Shown: piece by piece, positions 10,405 to 19,700 of the stretch
Position numbering within the stretch: position 1 is the stretch's first letter
Layout of the letters: every line of letters begins with the position of its first letter
From: Macrostomum lignano
Taxonomy: Eukaryota
Length of the DNA stretch: 64,000 nt
NCBI GenBank assembly: GCA_002269645.1
Contig: NIVC01002349.1
Span: 3,974-67,973, forward strand
Direction: 5' to 3'
Notes under the pieces: generated by a model
Databases searched by the model: none
Seen by the model: only the letters and a program-made list of their open reading frames with translations
What the model was told of the DNA's origin: nothing
Position numbers and translations under genes: made by a program

Positions 10405-11314
10405 TTCCCGAGTCGTAAAGGTAGTAGAATATGCCATCATCTTTGACGTCAGAGTACATCTTGTAGATTCCGTTCGGGTTGATGGCCGCGCAGTGTCCAT
10501 ACCACCAGCCAGCTGACTTCTCAGCAGCGCAGCTGCCATAAAAGTGCGCGTCATTGTCATATTCGGGCGTGCTGAACTGGTGATTATTTGGCAAAAAGAG
10601 TGCTTCAGTTCGCTGTCCGACGCTTGACCTGCTCGCGTCCAGTGGTCCCATCAAGCACCTGTACTTATCGGTCACTGGCCCAACAGAGAACGGAGCATTC
10701 TCAGCCCAGTACCAATTGCCGTTGAAGTCACTGAACTCCCAGCGGACTCTCCACACTCCAGTGGCGGTGAGCTGGTGGAGCTGCTCCAGTCCCATCCAGT
10801 AGTTGAGTCTCTCGCCCTGACCGAATCCATTCATGTAGTCCCCCCAGTTTCGGTTGAAGCTGACGGAGCCGTCGACTCTGTGCTGGAACGTCGTCCAGCA
10901 AGCGCCCAACGGCTCCTTGAACTGAAATTAACAAGAGATGAAGTTCGCGCATGAGAACTCTGTTACAGCTAGACAGTATCCTGATCACTGAGCTGTGCTA
11001 CTCACCCACAGCTTCGCCAGGCCAGGATCTCCCTCGTGCCGGCACTTTCGACAGGCGTCCTTGCTGCCTCGGTGGCACATCAGCAGGGTGCAGTCACCCG
11101 ACTCAGCGCTGAATGAGACAGCGTGAGCAGCTTCGGCCCTGCTCAGACAGTGGATCTTGCTGGCACTCTTGAACACTCGCAGTACCCTGTACTCAGAGAT
11201 GTCACTAGACTGCAGCTTCCAATTCGAGAGAGAATTGGAAGAGTCAGCTGGTTCAGCAATCACAGTTAAGGCGATTGCAAACACCCAACAGGCAAATCGC
11301 ATGTTGGGACTCAT
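10405..11314 (-). CDS. Secreted fibrinogen-related (FReD) protein with N-terminal signal peptide and PAN/apple-like module; LINE-disrupted
   Basis: Exon 1 11314-11006 (MSPNMRFACWVFAIALTVIA.., SKIHC..SFSAESGDC), 84-bp phase-0 GT-AG intron 11005-10922, exon 2 from 10921 (FKEPLGACWTTFQHRVDGSVSFNRNW.DY..GFG..YWMGLE..FST...DND..CA..GWWY..C..NPNG). The native allele would be ~294 aa. Confidence 0.92.
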
Positions 11315-11888
11315 TCTGGGGTTTTATTGTTGACTGTCAGAGCTCGATTGGGCGTCAATATCGAGAGAATACCAATATAGAGATCTTATGAGCCGTGTTC
11401 GCACCTCGAAAGCGATTTTCCCCCGCTAAACTGACTTGTATTTATACACAGCAAATAAATCAATGCCAGCTTTGACTGAAAGCTTTTCATTGTGAATCTG
11501 AATGGCCCAATGTGTCGCATTGTAGCCCCCCCCCCCGACAAAGGCTTTTAAACTGGGACCGATTGCTTCATTTGTCTTTTTCTGCTCTGCCGCGCTTGTA
11601 AATTTCTGAAAAAGAAATGTTTGCGCCACTGACGAGGCCGTGGAGATGCTAGGCTATTATGAAAAATTGCTCATCCACGAGGCGTTTGAAGCTGCGATGC
11701 TTTGAATTCGATTTTCAGCTCCCCGACAGGCAGTAGTTCCAGCTCATTAGCTGTTTAGATTGAAGCTCCATTGTTGAGCTGAATTGTGCAGTTCTGCTAT
11801 TGCCTTCTTTAAGGCTCTCACAATAACAGGATTAAGCTCTTTTTAAATAGGGCTCGACACCGTTTGCTGTTAGATAGGAGCAGTCCAA

Positions 11889-12228
11889 GGATCTGGGAGG
11901 GTGGCAGGTGGAGCAGCCAGAGGAGCTGGGAGGGTGGCGGGTGGAGCAGCCAGAGGAGCTAGGAGGGTGGCGGGTGGAGCAGCCAGAGTAGCTGGGAGGG
12001 TGGCGGGTGGAGCAGCCCGAGGATCTGGGAGGGTGGCGGGTGGAGCAGCCAGAGGATCTGGGAGGGTGGCGGGTGGAGCAGCCAGAGTAGCTGGGAGGGT
12101 GGCGGGTGGAGCAGCCAGAGGATCTGGGAGGGTGGCGGGTGGGTCAGCCAGAGGATTTGGGAGGGTGGCGGGGGATCAGCCAGAGGATCTGGGACGGTGG
12201 CGGGGGGGGACCAGCCAGAGGATCTGGG
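11889..12228. repeat. 33-bp G-rich minisatellite (~10 copies)
   Basis: Unit GGATCTGGGAGGGTGGCGGGTGGAGCAGCCAGA; produces the spurious 11-aa-periodic ORF 11901-12245. Confidence 0.92.
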
Positions 12229-12971
12229 AGATCATTAAATATTGAGCAAGACTAATTGAGTAACCAATCGAGCATTTTTACATTTTTCCCCAACCAAATG
12301 TAGCAAGCGACCGAGCGAGATCTCAGTTTCATTGTACAAGCTTTTACTGCAGTTAGTTGCTAACAACTTTTTAATTGTAATCCAGTGTAAGAAATGTACT
12401 TGAACAATAAATGATCCACGCTACGCACTACAAGGCCGAGTAATCCAATTAAAAAATAAAAAATGGAGTTGATATTTTGTATTAAAAGCAACAGACTAGC
12501 TGTTGAAATAAAAAATTTATACCAACCGAATTTGAACGAAATGTAGGCTGGAGGCTTGGGCCTTTTCTCTCTTGCTCGCTATGAACACGCACTGGATTTG
12601 GGTTTTTCAAGTTTTCCTGTTTTCCTGCAATCTTTAATTTTCAATAATATCTTTTTGAGCACTTTTGAGTCTGAGGCAGTCTGCAGTCAGCAAAACAGAA
12701 TGAAGATGCCAATTTAATAGATCTGCTTTTAGAAATTCAGAGACTTAATCATTATCGATTCATTATCTTGTAAATAAATGACTCTTTTTAACTTTCCCAT
12801 TATATAGACGAAAACGCTAATTTTGCTACTGAAAAAGAGTAGATAAGCAAGTTTTTATAGTTTAAACATCGGCGAGTATCTGTGTCATAGGTGCCAGAGT
12901 GTGTGCCATGAATGCCAAATTGTCATGACTAACGAGTATTAGAGGTCAAAAAAGTGATGTACAGTATTTGT

Positions 12972-13107
12972 AGTTCACCCAGCTGTAAAATGGGTGCCAG
13001 TATTAGCTGTGATAATTGAGTGTGTGGCGACCCCCTCCCCCCCCCCCCCGAATTCTTGGACTGAACAGCCGTACGCAGCTTTCAATCTATTATTATTATT
13101 ATTATTT
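12972..13107 (+). mobile_element. 3' half of tRNA-SINE family A with (ATT)n tail
   Basis: AGTTCACCCAG..TAAAATGGGTGCCAG..GTGTGGCGACCCC..CTTGGACTGAACAGCCGTACGCAGC matches the reverse complement of 30670-30790. Confidence 0.8.
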
Positions 13108-13228
13108 TATTAGTCATAGGTTGAAGCTGGGAGCGATATCAAATCAAAAGTTAGAGGCTGATTCCTAGAAATGTGCATATTTATCAAGAATTACTAGCGT
13201 ATGTACTTTAGAATTGCCTGCAGCTTAC

Positions 13229-15431
13229 CATTGCCAATGTCAATAAGTACATCATTAGCTCGCTGCGTGATGTCGCACTGTGTTTCAATTTTCTGTTCAT
13301 CAGATAGTCCGTCAACTTTGTGTATGAACACTTCGAATTTAATCTTTGGATTAACCGAGTAGGCGCCGCTAACGAGAACTTTCAGCCGATCAATAGCGTC
13401 AATGTATTCGTCTTGAGCGTCGATAACGAATACAATAGCGCCAGTGCTGGAGAATGTGTCGTTGGCATCGAACACGTCGTTCATGTAGTCAATGTGGCCC
13501 GGCACGTCCCATACGGAGAACTGGATAAATGAGCAGTCGGACACCTCTGCGGGAATTTAGACAGAGTGGACTCATATGAGACCGCTTGCTCACCTGCTAC
13601 ACGCAACTCTATCTGCGACTGTCTAAAGCTCGCTCATCTGAGATCCAATCCATCTACCTCAAAGGCCAGATAGGGAATTTAGCCCTTGTCTGTGGGCCAG
13701 ATGAGAGTTTTATTTTATTAGAGGTAGGGGGGTTGTGTGCACCCTGGCGCACTTTAAGCGACATCAACGCACAACCGGCAAGAGGCATTACTGCCCATTC
13801 CGCCGACTCCCCTGAGCAGGCATACAAGCGCGCGGATACGTACGCAGGCACACAATCACACAGGAGTGTACAGCGGCCCTAACTTTATATTATCGTTAGG
13901 CATGTACACTTCACTGCGCCTTGGGGGGTTGGCTCTCAAGGCCGTTAATTGCACGAGCAGAGCCAAGCCGAGATTCCAATTCAGCTCTAAATTAATGTGA
14001 CTGCACTTGGAATCGAGCCTGGGTCGCTGGCACACCAGAGCCTGCGCTAGACCGCTGGGCTACGGCCCCCCTGCCAGATGAGAGTGGAAAGGAAAGGGAA
14101 TGGAAGACAAAAGATGAGAAAAGAGAGGAGAGGCAGGAAATGGTATGAGAGAAAAGATAAAAGAGGAGAGAAGAGGGGAGAGAGGGAAAAGAAAAAGAGA
14201 AGGGCGAGGGGAGAGGGGAAGAGAAGGGAGAGGGGAGAGAAGAGAGAGAGGATAAAAAGCTGAGCAGAGACACAAACCTTGAGCGGGCCGGATTGCCATT
14301 GTGAAGTTTCAAAGGACCTGAGTTCGCCGACCCTTAATTTGATACTTAGAGTTCTTTCCATTCACTCACCATCTTTCTGAATTTTGCAAGTGCTCTCGAG
14401 AAACAGCGTCTCATTGGGGCTCATCTTGTGGAACACCACTTTTTGGATAGAAGATTTGCCGCTCCGCCTCATTCCCATAACTAGAATGCGCGGCTTCTCG
14501 TCCGCGGCTGCCGACGCGCCGGCGACACCGCTACTGGACGACATGGCGCCGACACCGACTCCGTTGACGGAGGCGACACCAGCCTGCGTTGCAGTTACGA
14601 AATTTAAGTGGGAATACAACATTAATCAAGGCAAAGATTTAATATCATAAAAATAGATGATCTATTTACACAACCGAATGTGGGATCTATCTCTACACAA
14701 CCAAATGTGGGATCTATCTACACAACCGAATGTGGGATCTATCTCTACACAACCAAATGTGGGATCTATCTACACAACCGAATGTGGGATCTATCTCTAC
14801 ACAACCGAATGTGGGATCTATCTCTACACAACCGAATGTGGGATCTATCTCTACACAACCGAATGTGGGATCTATCTACACAACCGAATGTGGGATCTAT
14901 CTCTACACAACCGAATGTAGGATCTATCTCTACACAACCGAATGTGGGAAATGTGGAATCTATCTACACTATCAAATGCGGGATCTATCTGCACAATCGA
15001 ATGTGGGATCTATCTATACAACCGAATGTGGGATCTATCTCTACACAACCGAATGTGGGATCTATCTGCACAATCGAATGTGGGATCTATCTCTACACAA
15101 CCGAATGAGGGATCTATCTCTACACAACCGAATGAGGGATCTATCTCTACACAACCGAATGTGGGAAATGTAGAATCTATCTACACAATCGAATGTGGGT
15201 TATATCTACACTATCAAATGCGGGATCTATCTGCAAGTTTTTCCTGCAAATTAGATGAGATTTTCCCAGAAACGATAAAACTGTGAAAATCAGCAGCCCC
15301 CCCCAGCTCACCTGATCGTATCCATACTGCACGGGGAAGCTACCAACAACGTAACTGCCAACTGTGGCTTCCTCTTCAACAGCGGCTGCTGCCCCTAGCT
15401 GCTGCTGCTGTGGCTGTTGCGCTGCTGACAT
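13229..15431 (-). CDS. RRAGC: Ras-related GTP-binding protein C/D (RagC/RagD, Gtr2), first three exons
   Basis: Exons 15431-15312, 14583-14370 and 13546-13229 join in phase (0, 1). Motifs: [73 protein letters not shown]. Ends at a G|GTAAG donor; the roadblock-domain exons were not found in the window. Confidence 0.93.
13660..14336 (-). mobile_element. CT-core hAT-like MITE (host of the SINE B insertion)
   Basis: 5' end AGGGTCGGCGAACTCAGGTCCTTTGAAACTTCACAATGGCAATCCGGCCCGCTCAAGG, pyrimidine-rich core, 3' motif TCTGGCCTTTGAGGTA; shared with copies at ~17.0, 24.0-24.7, 28.8 and 45.8-46.7 kb. Confidence 0.6.
13709..14073 (-). mobile_element. tRNA-derived SINE family B, full length (~365 bp)
   Basis: Pol III A box TAGCCCAGCGG and B box GGCTCGATTCC at the 5' end, AATAAAATAAA tail, and 12-bp TSD CCAGATGAGAGT at 13697-13708 and 14074-14085. 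Confidence 0.85.
14657..15235. repeat. 23/25-bp minisatellite in RagC intron 1
   Basis: Unit ACACAACCGAATGTGGGATCTATCT(CT). Confidence 0.93.
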
Positions 15432-16065
15432 AGTTCGCAATAGCAATCCAAGCTTTTTTCACATAAATAATATTCGATCGATTCAAATGTATATAATAGA
15501 CCTGCCAATCTGAGTACTAACCGCAACCAACTTTGCTTAACTTAGCCTAATAAGGCCAGCAACCCAATACTGTTATTTATCATCAAAATACACAATAGCT
15601 AAGATAATACTAATGCATCATATTAAAAATAGTAAAAGATAAAATAAATAAAAATAAGCAGCTCAAATTCATAATGCGAGTAGGAATGCCAGATGCCAAA
15701 GATATATTATATATTTACTCTGGTTACATTCTTACACAGTAATTCTAAACCTAACAAATTTAGTTACTCGCAAACTCTAAAGTTACCAGGCGTCTAACAC
15801 GCAGTCTAAGTACGTACAAATAAGAACAAAATTATTCACGGGAAAAATTGAAAAATTCAAAGCATGAGATTAACGGTTAGTGCGAATGGCTAAATTCAAC
15901 ACTGAATTTGATGAATAAACAGCGCAAATGAAATTTCATAATTCCAAATTAACATGCTGACGCGATAGATTGAAAGCTGAAAAAAGGTTCCATTTTATAG
16001 CATTAATGTAGGAATGGATTAATGGAATTCTGGATGCCTCAACAGTCGCTACTGTTGGGGCACAG

Positions 16066-16257
16066 TCTGTCTGTCTGTCTGTCTGTCTGTCTGCCTGTCT
16101 GTCTGTCTGTCTGTCTTAGTGTCTGTCTGTCTGTCTGTCTTAGTGTCTGTCTGTCTTAGTGTCTGTCTGTCTGTCTGTCTTAGTTTTTGTCTGTCTGTCT
16201 GTCTGTCTGTCTTAGTGTCTGTCTGTCTTAGTGTCTGTCTGTCTGTCTGTCTTAGTT

Positions 16258-16288
<31 letters not shown>

Positions 16289-16457
16289 GGCTGTCTGTCT
16301 TAGTGTCTGTCTGTCTTAGTGTCTGTCTGTCTGTCTGTCTTAGTTTCTGTCTGTCTGTCTGTCTGTCTGTCTTAGTGTCTGTCTGTCTTAGTGTCTGTCT
16401 GTCTGTCTGTCTTAGTTTCTGTCTGTCTGTCTGTCTGTCTGTCTTAGTGTCTGTCTA

Positions 16458-16488
<31 letters not shown>

Positions 16489-16545
16489 TAGTGTCTGTCT
16501 GTCTGTCTGTCTTAGTGTCTGTCTGTCTTTCTGTCTGTCTGTCTG
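16066..16545. repeat. (TGTC)n microsatellite with TTAG interruptions, between IVD and RagC
   Basis: Direct observation. Confidence 0.95.
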
Positions 16546-16747
16546 TATTAAATAGCCAGCCGTTGGCCACTATCTTATTTTAATAGTTCCCCTTCCAGCT
16601 ATATCTAAAAGACACAGACAAAAGTACACATGAAAATAATTAGCTGTACAAGTGAAAATAAAACAGACAAAAACACTACTTGGAAACGCAGGCAAGGCGC
16701 AAATCTCAATCAAACGCAGAAAATAACACAGCATTTTAATCTACAAA

Positions 16748-19700
16748 TTAAGATTTATAAATATTGTTAATAGCCCGACCAATAACTAGGCGTCGAACCT
16801 CGGACGTGCCGGCGCCAATTTCGTACAGTTTAGCGTCGCGCAGCAGCCGGCCAGCCGGGTATTCGTTAATATAGCCGTTGCCGCCCAGGATTTGAATGGC
16901 GTCCAGGGCCGACTGAGTGGCATCTTCGGCGCATTTCAGTATCACTCCGGCGCAGTCCATAGGCTGTCGCGAGCCCTGAGATGGAGATAATAGGTTTCGA
17001 AGGAAGTATTAGAAGGGCCGGTCTATCCGGCCCTCCGGTCCTTTGAAACTTCGCAATAGCAATCCGGCCCGCTCAAGGTTTCTGTCTCTTTTACAGATAC
17101 TCGTACTAAAATAACTAAAAAAATAGTTATTCTAGTATCCATGGTCTCTTCCCAACCCTCATTTTTCTCTCCTCTTCTCTCATCTCCCTCTTGTCACCTC
17201 TCCTCTCTTTTTTCTCTCTCTCCTATCACCTCTCGTCTCGTGGACACTGTGGTGAGCCACCAACACCCTGCTCTGTAGACACTACAGTGAGACGCCTACA
17301 CCCCCTCTGTGGACACTGCGGTAAACCGCCTGCATCCCCTCTGTGGACACTGCGGTAAACCGCCTACACCCCCTCTGTGGACACTGCGGTAAGCCGCCTA
17401 CACCCCCTCTGTGGACACTGCGGTAAGCCGCCTACACCCCCTCTGTGGACACTGCGGTAAACCGCCTACACCCCCTCTGTGGACACTGCAGTGAGCCGCC
17501 TACACCTTATCCGTAACCCCCTGATCTCCATAGGTTTTACTTGCCTACCCAAAAGGTTCTACTGTTGACAATATGTAGAGTGAAGCCCACCAATAACTAA
17601 ACTGTAAATATATATATACATATAACAGGTCACAGGTGTAAACACACACAGCCACTCACCTGAGCCAGAGCCCTAGCAACAGAATAAACGTAGCACCGAC
17701 CACTAGTCAATCGGCAATACATATCGGCCATTTTTCCTTGCAACAATTGAAACTGCCCAATAGACTGGCCAAACGCTTTGCGAATGTGGGCATATTGGAA
17801 TGCGGTATCGCAGGCGGCCTGCATAATACCCAACGGCCCGGCAGACAATAGCAGCCGTTCAATGTCCAGGCCAGACATCAGCACGTACACGCCACCGTCT
17901 AGGCGGCCCATGACCCGATCAGCCGGCACTCGAACTCCGTCGAATACCAATTCGCCCGTGTTGCTACCCCGCATGCCAAGTTTGTCCAGCTTGCGAGAAC
18001 AACTGAAACCGGGCGAGTCTCGCTCTACTAGAAATGTTGTTATACCGTGCGCCCCAGCCTCCGGTTTAGTCTTGGCGTACACCACTATTACATCCGCGTC
18101 TGGACCGTTGGTGATCCAAAATTTGCTGCCATTCAGCACGTAGGAGCCGTCAGACTGACAAAGAGATATTTTCGAAAAAAATCATCACTGAAGATACCTT
18201 TTAGTCTGAATATTTAGCTCTTGTTGCTGAGTAGCCACTGCCTAATACTGGCTTCAAGACTCTTTGCTGAGTAGCCAATGCCTAATATTGGCTTCAAGAC
18301 TCTTTGCTGAGTAGCCAATGCCTAATACTGGCTTCAAGACTCTTGTTGCTGAGTAGCCACTGCCTAATACTGGCTTCAAGACTCTTGTTGCTGAGTAGCC
18401 ACTGCCTAATACTGGCTTCAAGACTCTTGTTGCTGAGTAGCCACTGCCTAATACTGGCTTCAAGACTCTTGTTGCTGAGTAGCCACTGCCTAATACTGGC
18501 TTCAAGGCTCTTGTTGCTGAGTAGCCACTGCCTAATACTGGCTTCAAGACTCTTGTTGCTGAGTAGCCACTGCCTAATACTGGCTTCAAGACTCTTGTTG
18601 CTGAGTAGCCACTGCCTAATACTGGCTTCAAGACTCTTGTTGCTGAGTAGCCACTGCCTAATACTGGCTTCAAGACTCTTGTTGCTGAGTAGCCACTGCC
18701 TAATACTGGCTTCAAGACTCTTGTTGCTGAGTAGCCACTGCCTAATACTGGCTTCAAGGCTCTTGTTGCTGAGTAGCCACTGCCTAATACTGGCTTCAAG
18801 ACTCTTGTTGCTGAGTAGCCACTGCCTAATACTGGCTTCAAGACTCTTGTTGCTGAGTAGCCACTGCCTAATACTGGCTTCAAGACTCTTTGCTGAGATA
18901 TCGTGTGGATTCATTACTTTATCTTTTTTTAAACTTTATAAACCCTAATAAACGGAAATTCCCCAGAGTAAATAAAGTTAGTATCGCCTTTATTACCTGC
19001 TTGTCGGCGCGCATAGTCATCGACACAACGTCGGACCCGGCATTTGGTTCCGACATTGCTAGCGCGCCAATCCATTCGCCGCTAATTAATTTCGGCAGGT
19101 AACGGCTCTTCTGCTCGTCGGTGCCGTGTCGGACAATCTGATTGACGCACAGGTTAGAATGGGCTCCGTAGCTTAGGGCCACTGCGGCGCAGGCCCGGGA
19201 CATCTCCTCCATTACGATGGCGTGATCCAGGTATGAGGCGCCCAGGCCACCGTACTCCGCTGGGGAAATTCCATGGTAAAGGTGGTGATTCTTTATGAGA
19301 GGGTAGGGATTCTTGATGGGAGGGTAGGGATCTTTGATGGGAGGGTAGGGATCTTTGATGGGAGGGTAAGGATCTTTTATGGGAGGGTAAGGATCTTTGA
19401 TGGGAGGGTATGGATCTTTGATGGCAGGGTAGAGAATTTCAATTGGAGGCTGGAGTGGGGGGGAGGATTGACTGGAGGCGAAGATCGTTGGTTTTTTCAG
19501 AGAGATACTTCGTCTTAATTAGTGATTAGAAGCCCCCTAATCGAAGTGGGAAATGGAGGCCTTTTGCAAAAATTATAAAACTTACTGATTTAGTTTTGCC
19601 CAGTATCAAAATGTATACTCGTAAATACATATGTATTTATTGAGCTCATATAAATAGATTATTATCATACTTACTAGGCGCTGTAACACCAAGAAGTCCA

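Noticed and set aside
15434-15449. 16-nt identity between the RagC 5' flank and the MITE motif at 17050-17065
   Set aside because: About one such 16-mer match is expected by chance in a 64-kb window, and there is no flanking similarity.
18254-18948. Long periodic ORFs over tandem arrays (also 28106-28844, 36128-36634, 45845-46682, 48932-49365, 51013-51438, 54250-55332, 61688-62299, 11901-12245, 14657-15286, 16119-16491, 23885-24669)
   Set aside because: They are open only because the repeat unit lacks stops; they occur in several frames or strands at once and many lie in introns of identified genes.
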